A stretch of DNA of 63,791 nt, counting the filler, from Nemertoderma westbladi (lineage: Eukaryota > Animalia > Xenacoelomorpha), in assembly GCA_032718475.1 (NCBI GenBank). It is 3 parts of 3 records of this genome, joined end to end, with 100 filler letters (N's around TTAATTAATTAA, not from the genome) between each part and the next. Parts side by side here need not be neighbours in the genome. Positions count along the whole stretch, not along the records: positions 23,826 to 53,738 come from JAUCBJ010001012.1; positions 53,839 to 63,791 come from JAUCBJ010008705.1; 1 more part is not named here. One strand, written 5' to 3'. Both the position numbers and the translations under genes were made by a program. The notes beneath the pieces are model-generated. The model was not told where the DNA came from, searched no databases, and saw only the letters and a program-made list of their open reading frames with translations. Positions 47,701-58,953 of the stretch are shown here, piece after piece (position 1 is the first letter of the stretch; each line of letters starts with the position of its first letter).

Positions 47701-48641
47701 GCGAATTTATGAACGTTAAAGTTCTTGTCCAACTTAAAGTCCTGATTGATAAGTTCAGCGGTGAATCCGAGATGCTCGTGCAAGGCAAGGAATGTAACAC
47801 GCTGAAGACGAACCATAATTATCTGCACCATACGAACCAAAGATTCGGGATATTTTTGAAAGACGGCAGAGAAAGCTTCAGCCGGGAGACACAAAATCGT
47901 TGTATCGACAGCTGCTTTGGCTGAAACGGTCTTATAGGGAGACGTGTTCCCAGTCAAAACATCAATAACTGAGAGGAGACTGATGATAGTTTCACCTGGA
48001 TAAACATCATTAACAAGGTTGTCACGACCTTCATTGTCAGTAATAAAGAGTTTCAAATGACCATGTTGAACTATAAATATATTATTATCAGCCATACCGG
48101 GTCTAAAGACATAGACACCGGCTGGAACAAATCGAGACACACAACGTCGACAAACTTCCAAGAAGAGGGGTCGTTCAAAGTGACCGAACATTCGGATCGA
48201 TCTGATCATATATATAACCTCCGGGGGGAGACTCGTTTCGTTTTGTGCGAGGGTATCGGCTTCCAGGACCGAGGCAGGCGCCTCCCGGGCTACTAACTTA
48301 GTTGCGGCGCCGATCCGAGGTTTATGCAGCATCTTTCTCGCGCGAATGAATCGCTGTTTAATCCGTCGATGTACCTTAACATCGCTAAATGAGCCACTCA
48401 TTCGGCGCAACATAGTTCGGCCAACGAGCGCTAACTTATCACGCTTACGATACCTCCCACCGACTGGGTTTAATTGGGTTTCGGCATTGGTTTGAAGCTC
48501 GATAATTTGGGCTCTAAGTTTTCGAAGAATGTGAAATAAAACAACGACTGTTATTAAAAGTCCAACACCGAAACCCACTGAAACAGGGACAGTAAGAGAG
48601 AGCGGATCAATCGACATTATATAGTCAGCAAATGCGTGCAT
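44766..48641 (-). CDS. sws: Neuropathy target esterase / swiss cheese (PNPLA6/PNPLA7), 1291 aa, single exon
   Basis: N-terminal TM helix, three cNMP-binding-like domains, and a patatin domain with GGGARG, GTSIG (catalytic Ser) and DGG (catalytic Asp); acidic tail; uninterrupted ORF. Confidence 0.96.
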   Translation of the reverse strand: MHAFADYIMSIDPLSLTVPVSVGFGVGLLITVVVLFHILRKLRAQIIELQTNAETQLNPVGGRYRKRDKLALVGRTMLRRMSGSFSDVKVHRRIKQRFIRARKMLHKPRIGAATKLVAREAPASVLEADTLAQNETSLPPEVIYMIRSIRMFGHFERPLFLEVCRRCVSRFVPAGVYVFRPGMADNNIFIVQHGHLKLFITDNEGRDNLVNDVYPGETIISLLSVIDVLTGNTSPYKTVSAKAAVDTTILCLPAEAFSAVFQKYPESLVRMVQIIMVRLQRVTFLALHEHLGFTAELINQDFKLDKNFNVHKFATQHSQYKRDRSGSDDRDSDSAGGNVVTTPKVCRRGSNPEPIGGDFEAACGRARVQVLGSSPGARSSSGAVDTAMSMGFGNLGPIREASLSFSADPKPLEIIDDDEQLLDMGKQDLANLLDLSDSQLLDNKIILANIIAGTVMVKQGDTDANLFFIVSGQLHLCEKDKRGHDRTIYVANPGDLEGPLAVLTGDPQLFTMKARQECKCIIMSKVDFYNLMRECPEVVLPVARCIVRRMSPFVRQIDFALDWAQTEAGRSVYRQGDRSDSIYMILSGRLRSVASGTDGKKRLVGEYGRGDLVGLVEVLTQSVRATSVHAVRDTEMAQLPEGLVNFIKLKHPQVVTRLIHLLGQRILGQITSPMSSSHQSLVEGSSTDHSANLANLSTVAVIPVNDNVPVSSFTLELVRALTEIGSAVRLTSAMILDTLGPHALDSIHEYRLSNWLGQQEDAHRIVLYQADTALTPWTHRCIRQADCILIVGCADTDPGVSKLERQLEHTAVRAQKELVLLHRDWEHPIRAAPKETIKWLNVRSWCTSHHHIRCPRRVFTRRSPVKLLDMYQKIFATPADPHSDFSRLARFLTGTSVGLVLGGGGARGISQVGIIKAIKEAGIPIDMVGGTSIGSFMGALYGGLCHNPIDDLIKQSRAFSDSMTSMVKRLYDLTYPMTSFFSGSQFNRAIDAVFEDKQIEDLWIPYFCITTDISSSRMRVHTTGSLWRYCRASMSLSGYLPPMCDPDDGHLLLDGGYVNNLPADVMRSFGCKTVIAIDVGSQDLQDLTNYGDALSGWWLLWKRWNPWASPVRIPDMHEIQSRLAYVSCVKQLEEVKTASYVRYVRPPIDRFHTLQFGSYNDIYTAGYQHGKAVFDTWRTNTTPGVGALPPVGPSEPATLRRRPSIDLYAAANRFTDLAELISRIDKPRVRRDSSVLDSDSDASSSAYEDVIDGEEIDDEEDDLADSKNNIDDDLSLDDDTYEADKEDDGRA

Positions 48642-51109
48642 CTTGCACCTCAGGCTCAGAATAGCTTGTCCAGCTTACATTACCCGATAAGGCCTAGGCC
48701 TATCACATTTAAATCATCAGTTTGTCATCAGTAATACTGTATTTATTACATATTAATAGCAAGTTCTGTAAGTGGCGTATAATAATACAGTACAGTACAG
48801 GAGGCCAATTACCGGTACTGAATTACAGAATTAACTAGTCTGTTAGACAGTTAGAACTGTAGAAGTAGTATCGGTAGTCAGCAATTCAAGCAGTCAGGTC
48901 AGGTCGCCTAATCAGCTCAACAGATTATCTACACACCAAAAAGACCTAATAGTCACACTACTAAAAGTACCGTACTGGTACCGAAAATATTCACTGCATG
49001 TCGGTGAAAATTACTTTATACAGAGCCCAGGACCACGCTGAATCCAACGGTACTTTCCCCATATCGCGAGAGCCAGTAGTTTAGATATAGATAGAGGAAA
49101 AAACAAACATAAAAACATACAATTTGAACGCGCGCCTGGGAGCCAACAAACAATAGTTTATATGTTGAAATAAATTATAAAAAAGGCCATATATTTCAAG
49201 CGCTCAAATATAATTCAAATAAAATTCAAATATAATATATGATCTCAAATCCCGCGTCTATTCTGCATTTCCAACCGATTTTTGCTTTGTGTAAATGTTC
49301 TGGCGAAATTCCATCATACCATACGATCTAACAATGACCCTGTCGCAAGGTGTTAAAAATGTAGGCTATATAGAAAATCAATCCTGATAATATTTATTAT
49401 ACCTGTGTTGGCTGTGTTCAAGGTAATTAATAAAAATTTAAATGGAATTTAAGAACAATATTTATGAAAAGTAAATAAATTTATTATAAAAAACCCTTAT
49501 ACCTGTATACCTTACCCTTAACCTTTATATTTACTGCTGATCTAATCTACATTCCAATTCGTGTTTCAGTCTGCCTGCACGGCACGCCCATTGCCCACAT
49601 ACATCATACACATACATCCCCCGACTGCCCGAAGTACCGGTACTTCTTTATTTTTATTGTATCTATTTCTGTATTTTCCATTTAATAAGTGCTGACATCG
49701 CCTGGGGTTTGTGGTATATTCCCAAACCCCATACCGTTGCAGTACTAAGTACCTTGTCACAACTGATCTCTGATTGGTTCTTAATTCAGGTTGAATTACA
49801 TTGCAAGTGCCGAGACTGTTTGTGGTTTGTAAATATGCTGCCTGGCTGGTACACTCTATTAATACTTTTTAATACAAATTTAATTGGATGGATGGCAGTT
49901 AGGTACAATGGCCAAATCTGGCAACCTCAAAAGTTGCCACATATGGCAATGTTTATTGCCAAATCTGGCAACTTTTGATTTTTCTAATTTTCGCACGCCC
50001 AGAAGCAAAATCGCATTTTGGTAAATAGTTAAGTGAAAAGAGCGCGAAATTTAAATATAATTGACCGTATAAGAAAAAAAATCATCGTCTGAATTTCTCT
50101 TAGCAATAGGCCGAAATGTGCCTAAAATAATTATTGCCATTTTTGGCAACCATTAGAATTAAAGAAAAATAATGGTTGCCATTTTTGGCAACAATTATTA
50201 TTGTGCAGCCCTGTCAGTAACCCTGTCATTGTAAATTACTTCAAAATTGCTTACTGCTTGCTTACCCTTCTGCCCTTGTCGAGTTGTGATGATTTATAAA
50301 CATTATTAGTTGATGAAATGTCAGAATGTAGGCCTATTTGATATGTTGTTAATATGTTAATGGACAGATGGATGAGTCTGTAACAGATACCGTACTGGTA
50401 GACTGGTATGGTATACGGTATAGGCCCTATCTGCCTATGGTGTATGGTATAGGCATAAACAAATCTAAAGAATCACATGCTTCAAAGGCTGAAATGGAAA
50501 TAAACGTAATAATATTTGACAACGTCAGAACGTTAACATCACCAAAAGGCAGCAAGAAGGCAAGTGGCAAGGGGGGCATTCAAGTTTGAGAAACGGCGTG
50601 GGTGACGGAAGAAAAATAGTGTCAAAATTTAGAAAGACTGAGAAAACCAAAACGCGTGTTAACAGGTTAAGGGATTCAACAAATTGTTTCTAGTAGGCCC
50701 TAACAGCCTAATCAGCAATCAGCTAATGAAAAACGGGATGAAATTATTTTCAATATGTCTGTATGTAGTATGTACTGATGTAGGAATGGAAAGATAGATA
50801 TACTGAACTGATAGAGTAGAGTGAAGGATGATTTAGATTGATGGGCAATTGTATCAGCATTACACAGTTACAATCTTTAACTACTAAACTATTATTGGTA
50901 CAAACAACAATCAACCACCTCCCCAAGCAGCGCCAGAGATTACTATCAAAAATGTCAAAAAAGCAAAAAAACTATCACCAGTCAGTCTGTGTTTGTGTTA
51001 TTGACTCTCATTCTCACCTCATTTATTAGGATATATTGCTGTATTGGTTAGAACTTAGAATATGCCACTACTGGTATAAGTATAACCTGTATCCTGGCCC
51101 TACCCCTTT

Positions 51110-53033
51110 CAGTCGGTGAGAAGTCAAAAATTGGACTTGAGTCCAATATTGGACTTCGACTCCAGTTCAAGTCCAAATTTGGACTTCTGTGAGTCCAATA
51201 TTGGACGTCAAATCAGCCAATTGTTCCAGGGCCTTGGGTAATTGGATCGGGCGGGATTTTATTTTTTTAATCGAAAGTATATCAAAAAATATGAGTTTTG
51301 AACAGGGGGACCTGAAATTCACCAGGGGGAACTTTTTTTAAAAGGCTTTGAATTATTACAAAAGTCCAATATTGGACTTTAAGTCCAATTTTGGCCGTGA
51401 CATTGAGAATCAAACTTAAAGGTACATGAAGCATGACAGATGAGAGACAGCCAGACAGCTATTAAGTTATGTAAAGTTACCTTTGCAGCTCTCTGTATGT
51501 ATCTTCAGCGTACTGTACTTAGAATATAATGGTACATTCTAGCATTCTAGGTACTTTGTACTTTACTTTTAGTAGGCCTATATTGTTTAGTTTACATTCA
51601 TGTTATTTCTAACCGTACAGCCTTATGTCCCCAGGACTTTAGAGTCTTTAGGACTAGATTGGATTATGCTCCAACAAATATTTAATTACAAATTATATTT
51701 GGTGGAAACTGGTAGCAATGCCAGGTTTGCCAACTGCAGCTGCTGCTAAGGCTAACTACAGTACAAGCTACGCTACGATTTCGTCTAAGCCTATGGGAGC
51801 CCTATCAGAAAGAAATACTACAAGTTGATGCTACCACCATCTCTTCTAATTTTTCCATACAACAGGAAGGGTATTTTAAAACGGCTGGATAATGAAAGGT
51901 GATTAACTGATTAACGTGTTGGGGTCTTCACATAATAAAACATGAACCAATTTGGGGAAAGGAACAGGTTACAGAGGCAGGCTTTTCTAACTAAAACAAT
52001 AAATGGCCACTTTTGACTTTACCAATTGAAGGAGCCCTATCACCACATACAGGCATAGGGCAGTAGGGCATGTGCTTATACATACAGAAGCAGGCTTTTC
52101 TAACCAACTACTACTACAATCGGCATGCTGCATTGCAGCTACATTATATATATAGGCCCTATTAAGAATGCTGTGCCGGCTTGTTGACAAAATTGCGCCT
52201 CCACAACTCCCTTATAGCCTTATCTATCACCCATGACAGCATGACATTTGTTAGATCATCCGCATCTTCAAGGCCAGTGTCCTTTAAGACAGTACCGGTA
52301 AGAAAGATGCGTCTCAAGAAAGTCATGGGCTGTCCACCATGCTTATTCACTCCATGAGGTGCACTGGCTGGTCCTCACGGCGAAAGCAATGTCCTGTAAA
52401 GCGGAGACGGCTTTGTTCTAGTGTCAAGCTTGGGGGAACCAATGAGACACCTCCAACTCCAACTCATGTTATATAGCGTCTGGTTGGAGATGTGTGCATT
52501 GTACTTGACACAGTGAACCTAATCCAAACAATTAGTCAATAAACATTAACTCAATAACATAATAGGTTACAGTTTACAGTAGTCTTATTTTTGCCTTACG
52601 AAAATACCACAGGCTGACAGGTATATGGGTATGGATGAACTAGGCCTCCTATACAGCTATAACTCAACTACCGCGGTACGTGTACGGTATACACCGCTAA
52701 CTGGCTAAGGCAGTAAGGCTACCGCAAAGTCATACCACTACCGCCAAAAGTAACTACTGATGTCTGACTGTATGTATGCGATCCCTGCTTATAATACTTA
52801 GAATAATTAATTTGATCATTAAAATAATGTTGCATTGTAATTATGTAATATGCATGATATGTATGTACTGACGATGCGGGATGCAGTTTTGATTTAAATA
52901 CCGATATATACAGTATAGCAGTATGGGTACACTTGGAGTTGTACTAAAGTCCAATATTGGACTTCGGAGTCCAAAATTGGACTTGAAGTCTAAAATTGGA
53001 CTTGAAGTCCAATTTTTGACTTCTCACCGACTG
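51110..53033. mobile_element. Nested TIR element (CAG termini, possible 5-bp TSD)
   Basis: 29-bp perfect TIR CAGTCGGTGAGAAGTCAAAAATTGGACTT; AGTCCAA..TTGGACT subterminal palindromes; flanks CCTTT / CCGTT. Confidence 0.85.
52107..52520 (-). mobile_element. RTE LINE 3' fragment, copy 3 (more decayed)
   Basis: Homologous to 39328-39700 with small indels; (TAG)n tail. Confidence 0.88.
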
Positions 53034-53364
53034 CCGTTGCCTTTTTTCTAGGCCTAACATTAACATTTCAGGATCTAAGGAATGACCATACTGCCATAGA
53101 AGGACTTAATGATGCAGAACCATATAATCCATAGGCCTATTCAATGAGGTAGTTAAGTTGCCAAATATGGCAACAACGGCTTTATATAGTTGCCAAATCA
53201 GGCAATCAGAAATGTTGCCAGATTTTGCTTGGTTGCCAAATATGGCAATCACAATCATTGCCAGATTTGGCCATTGTACCTAACTGGATGGATGGATAGG
53301 ATATTAAGATCTAACATATTCTTAATTATCTCGAGAATTAATTAGGCCTAATTAATTAGCGCGT

Positions 53365-53655
53365 AACTTTCCTTTTCCATGGCCGATACACATATAAGCC
53401 ATCATACAAAATTGTCTAACGATCCACCGAAGCGTTTAGCGTTTAGGCGGAGATAGAGCTACGACATACATAGCCCGTTCACAATTGTATTATAGATAAC
53501 TTTCCTATTCCATGGCCGATACACATAAACTGTATAAACCATCATACAAAATATTGTAACCATCCACCAGAGCGTTTAGGCAGTTAGGCGGAGATCAGAG
53601 ATAGAGCTACGACATATACATACTGACATAGCCCGTTCACAATTGTATTATAGAT
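53365..53655. repeat. Two diverged tandem copies of a ~135-155-bp unit
   Basis: AACTTTCC..TTCCATGGCCGATACACA...GCCCGTTCACAATTGTATTATAGAT occurs twice. Confidence 0.8.
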
Positions 53656-53738
53656 TTAATGTACCTACAGCTACAGACTGACAGACCTAATTAACTGATT
53701 ACCGGTAATTAATTTTAAAGTAAAGTACAGAAGTAAGC

Positions 53739-53838
53739 NNNNNNNNNNNNNNNNNNNNNNNNNNNNNNNNNNNNNNNNNNNNTTAATTAATTAANNNNNN
53801 NNNNNNNNNNNNNNNNNNNNNNNNNNNNNNNNNNNNNN
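53739..53838. other. Artificial scaffold gap/linker
   Basis: N-run + TTAATTAATTAA + N-run. Confidence 0.98.
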
Positions 53839-54256
53839 ACTACTACCGTTTTATTTTTGAGAGTATTCAGGCAGTAATTCAGACCTCCACTCACTAACAA
53901 AGTAACCTTAGAATCAAAAATATCCAGGTTAATAGGTAAATTATCAAAGTATTTACAAAGTCCTAACTGTGTAAACACCAATTTAATATCTGAACACCAA
54001 CCACGTTATTCTAACCAAAACAATAAACTAAAGTAAATAGAACAGGCTATAGTTTTATTTTTTAGATTAATCAGCTGTTATTTGTTTCGATTTTCTTCTG
54101 GAGAAGGATGAATTTAATTGCGAAGAAATTCCCTCCCTTTATCTGGAAGATGTCATGTAATTTAATATAGTACAGTATTTACTAATTAATTATTATTAAT
54201 TATTTACTAACTAATTACTAATTAAGTATAATTTGTTGTCATTGATATTTCCTCAC

Positions 54257-57200
54257 CTCAAATGAATAACTATTGTTTTCATAAAGTTCAGTAAACTCCA
54301 AGGAAGTAGTATGATGATGATAACTCGATAAGTTGCGTTGATGTTCCACAAATAAGTGATATGGAAGTGTAATAGAACGGTGGCTGGTATTCCATTCTCC
54401 AAGGGCGATCTTTGATAGGTTATGTTTCTCATTATAGAGAGTCACTTTATATGAGGGGACCGCGCACCTGATCAATGGGTCTGGCAAACAGCCCCATTCC
54501 AAATAAATAGTCGACAACTTAACGTTAACAGATGAGTTAATATCAATCCATTCTAAATAATTGAAATTATTGATAAATAAACCGACAATGTGTTATTTAT
54601 ACTCACACATTATATATCGTATCGTACGTAACCATAGAGGCAGAACATCACACACCAAAAAGTATTGTTTCGAGAATAACTATATCTCATTTGCCTCACT
54701 GTTAGTTGATCCCTAATTTTTTACACAGTAGTGGTCTGGAAAGATACATTGAGTAATTTTAATATAATTATTACGATAATTACAATAGACTTACTTCTCT
54801 CAGGAACAGTCTCACCCATATCGATCACTTGGTTTCTTTTTTCAAAGCAAATACTTCCATTTTTCGTGGGAAAGGTACATCCTGAAAATTACATATTTAC
54901 CATTATTTAAAGGAACAATCTGGTTTCAAGACTGAAAGGTTGAATTCAATAATTCAATTCGATAACGTAATATAAGTACTTTTTTCAAGTCCAAAACTTT
55001 GGCCAACCTAGCCGGTTGGAAACTAGATGTCTATGTCTGGATAATGTCCCACTTTGTGTAGTTCCCCTTTATATATCTACCAGCCATCGTCTATGGGTGC
55101 ATCAGCACTATCAGCTCCTGAAATTCGAACTATAGCCAGTAGCTGTCAGAAGCCATTGCGCGCGGTACCGGTACCATGTCTCGTCTTAGAGAGATTTTGG
55201 GTTGACTCTATAATCTCCCACTGATAGAATCTCTCATAATGGATATATCTGTGCAGAATAGTGGTTTATTTCATATCATTTTTGCTATTTATTAAGTCAG
55301 CATTTTAGCGCCTCGCCTACCAACAAATTATTCACCCAAAATGAACATTATTCTTGTTTTTTAATGCTCCCGTATCCCTGACAAATATATCTTCTGTAGG
55401 GCATGGCCCCCCTACAATATAAAGGCCATAAAGTGGTGTCAGCTTATTTCTGAGCTGGAGCCTGGAGGCCAGTTATTTCACTTCAACTGCCTATTGTACT
55501 ACAGTGCTACAGTTACTGCAGAACAATTTAATAATCAGATAGTCACATAATAGTCACAATCATTCAGTATGTTACACGTTCGTGGGGCCTTCGCGCAGCA
55601 TGAGAGCCTATATTATAAAGTAAATTACACTTATCTCTATTAGATATACGAAAACTATCTTTCCTAAAGTATATATGAGTGAAGGCGATGCTATCAGTTT
55701 GTGATAAACTAGTTGTAAAAATAAAGATCCATTTCACTTTGCCCTTACACACTTTAACTGTCATTTGTAAACCTTCTAACTAGGGCTATTTAAGTTAAGT
55801 ATGACATTTTTAGTTTTACAATGCTCTTCTCCTTCATTAGCCTCTTTGCGCTCGTCCTGTTTTGTCTTAAAATAATTTCCATAAACGGCGAGTAACGACC
55901 TTTATAACTGTGCAAAGTTTCGAAACTGTGAGAGTAACTGCTAATTTATGGCAGATGGATACTCGTATCCACTGTAAACTCGTTGCGTTCGTTCGTTTTT
56001 AACCAAACTTGAGATTCCTTCCAAACTTTTGCCGGACTACATATGTACCAAGTTTCGTTTAATTTCATCAAGGAATAACCGAGTTATTAGCGATCAAAAA
56101 TTTACGACGACGACGACGACAGACGACGACGACAGACAACTCGTTAATGGTACCCATATGCTAAGGCTTCGCTCACTTCATGGCTCGCCCCACAGGTTTA
56201 GATAGGTACCGCATATACTCACTTATGACCTGACCGGAGCCTACCTGTACCAGCGACACAGGACCTTAACGCCCCTGGAACTTTGTCGCCCGTATAAATT
56301 GCATTTTTGTTAGGAACTCTTCGCCCCCCTGTTCTTAGTTTTTCGGAACTTATCGCCCCTCCTGGTCCGATATCGCCCCTGTAATTATATACAGGCTACA
56401 AAGTGGCGGAGTGGCATGGGACTGGTGACTTTTGCTTATATATTATCCATTTTGAACTATTGGATTTTAAATAATACTAATGTGTCTCTTATTATTGTGT
56501 TTGTATATTCAACTTGTAAAGATACTATATATATATATATAAAAGTTCTAAAAAATCGAAGTTTGAATTCTTTATAAATACAGGCTACATTCCCTAAGTC
56601 ACATATATTAGTTATAGTTTACAGATTTATTTATACTCAAATAGTTTCACTTTGAGGAGGCCAATTAGAAATATTAATATTCAATTCATAGAATAAGCAG
56701 CCGCTTGGTGTAATGGTAACAATCTGGGCTTAATTCAGGAGGCCCCAGGTTCGATCCCTGGACCACCCAGTACTGTTTTGGTACGGGTTGCAGACTAGCT
56801 CTACCCAGGTTATCATCCTTCACTGGTCGATAAATGGGAACCATGGTAACTTGGAATGGTTTACTGTGGAAGATTACTAATTAAGATGATAAAAGAAAAT
56901 AAGAAGATAAAGAAGATAAACTGTTTCGAAAGTGTGGTGAACTGGACCGAACTGGATCGCAAGTATGGCGAACTGGACCGAACTGGATCGAAAGTATGGC
57001 GAACTGGACCGAACTGGATCGAAAGTATGGCGAACTGGACCGAACTGGATCGAAAGTGTGGCGAACTGGATCGAAAGTGTGGCGAACTGGACCGAACTGG
57101 ATCGAAAGTGTGTCGAACTGGACCGAACTGGGTCGAAAGTGTGGCGAACTGGACCGAACTGGATCGAAAGTGTGGCGAACTGGATCGAAAGTGTGGCGAA

Positions 57201-58810
57201 CTGGACTGAACTGGATCGAAAGTGTGTCGAACTGGATCGAAAGTATGGCGAACTGGACCGAACTGGATCGAAAGTGTGGCGAACTGGACCGAACTGGATC
57301 GAAAGTGTGTCGAACTGGACCGAACTGGATCGAAAGTGTGTCGAACTGGATCGAAAGTGTGTCGAACTGGACCGAACTGGATCGAAAGTGTGGCGAACTG
57401 GACCGAACTGGATCGCCAAATGAAAGATAATCTAAAAACAACCATCCATGCAGACAGGTGTAAATTAATATTGAATTTAATTTGGTCTTTTCATACATTC
57501 TAAATTTAGTTGCTTATAAAATATCGCTAAATTAAGATTACTTGCTTCACATTAAACACTGCTGTACTGACTGTACTTGCTACCGTCCGTAATCTGTTAG
57601 TACTATCCGACGACACGGCTTCTTGGCCATCTATTATAGTTTGTGGGGTAAGGTTAAGTAAGAGTATAGTTAGCCTACTTGTTTTCAGAGCTCAGGAGAT
57701 AATATCTTAATGTAGATTACAAAATATGATATCAATTATATTATATGGCTCATAAACAACCGATAAGAGCGTGTCCATATTAATGTTCTTGCCACGCCCA
57801 GATCATAAAATAATGCTGAAATATATATAATTGACATACATAATAGCAGATTCTGTGTAGTTCCTGGGGAACTAAACCCGGAATTTACTTTTTAAAATGA
57901 AACATTATTCCCACTACGTTACTAATGTAACAATTACTGAAAGACATTTAGAATATTCACGTATAATATTGGGAAACTGGAATTGTTTATATGTTGCTCA
58001 TTCTAGAACATTTTTTTTCTTCTAGAATAGTATTTATCCATGATAATGCACTTAATTCCACTAAAGTTTTTTTAGGCTGATTTTTTCATGTTTTTTCTGC
58101 ATTTTAATACTGAATATATTCGTAGGTTTCCGGTAACAATTTAAGTATTTTCTCATGTTCTTTATTTCAATTATTCTTCGTGCATGGCCTTCATATATAT
58201 GTAATTAGTAATTTTTAAATTGTGGCAGTTGTGTAGTAGTGGCTAATGTTTAAAAAAAAAAGCGACCCATCAATATCTGATTCAGAAAATGCCGCCCTGA
58301 TTTATGCATGCGGCTATTTCCTTCAAAGAACAACTGAAGGCTGAATTTAGTTCACTCTATGACTTTACTAATCTTGTTTAGAGATGAAAACTCTTGATTA
58401 CAACTCTCAGATCTGTTTTCATATTAACGTCTACATTGTCAATGACGCAGAATCTTAAGCTATCATGCTTTAAAATGAATATTCAGGGAGGGAGCACTCA
58501 CATCGGCCAACTTTATTTCTATCCGCGATTAAACTCAGCAAAAATTCAATTATTGACTATAACTAACTACCCGCATCTCTAATATGTTAAAATCGAAATA
58601 ATTTTTATATTCTAGTTTTCCCATATTTATATTACCTTGTGCGGGCAAATAAATTGATTTAACAATTCCCGATGTAAATGAATTATTTAATCCAATGCCT
58701 TCCAGGGTCGCCTGAATTAGGTAGTTAACATTATAAAGCATCTGAATTCCTAGGCGATGAGTTAGATTGACTCCACATAAAACTAGCCTGGAATCCACTG
58801 AACAATCACC
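54257..58810 (-). CDS. Partial spliced gene (exons 58810-58636, 54881-54795, 54552-54257), extracellular FN3-like protein
   Basis: Canonical AG/GT boundaries with compatible phases (0-1, 1-1, 1-0) give a stop-free peptide GDCSVDSRL...LPAQ|GCTFPTK...VPER|KWIDIN...IYLEW...YKVTLY...LEFTELYENNSYSFE. The W..Y..L...Y.F spacing resembles fibronectin type III. Confidence 0.65.
55565..56195 (-). mobile_element. DINE-1/Helentron-associated-like repeat, copy 2
   Basis: Reverse-complement homologue of 10110-10700, with a (GAC)n/GACA microsatellite at 56104-56137. Confidence 0.6.
56700..56870 (+). mobile_element. tRNA-derived SINE, MetaSINE-like central domain
   Basis: Pol III A box TGGTGTAATGG and B box GGTTCGATCC, followed by CATCCTTCACTGGTCGATAAATGGGAACC, which resembles the Meta/Sauria SINE domain as I recall it. 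Confidence 0.7.
56925..57416. repeat. Composite minisatellite of 10-11-bp subunits
   Basis: Shuffled GAACTGGACC / GAACTGGATC / GAAAGTGTGGC modules. Confidence 0.95.
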
Positions 58811-58953
58811 CTGAAATGTGATAATTAATAATTTAATTAGTAATCTAAATATTTATTATTATTAAATATTAAAAGTAAGTAAAGTAAACACCGGAGCTGT
58901 TCCCCTGCAAGTGACAGAGAGGTCGAATAATCTCACTAATCCAACCCTTTTCT

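Larger units (their letters stand above)
49896..53286. mobile_element. Non-autonomous TIR element with 9-bp TSD (Mutator/MULE-like)
   Basis: TIR CAGTTAGGTACAATGGCCAAATCTGGCAA; GATGGATGG on both flanks; subterminal TTGCCA..TGGCAA repeats. TSD length is ambiguous because the site is a microsatellite. Confidence 0.8.

Noticed and set aside
45135-48296. Overlapping and antisense ORFs within sws (and within the hAT and RT ORFs)
   Set aside because: Shadow frames of GC-rich coding sequence with no recognisable motifs.
56700-56770. Functional tRNA gene
   Set aside because: The acceptor stem does not pair well, there is no adjacent T-run terminator, and the sequence continues into a SINE-like body.
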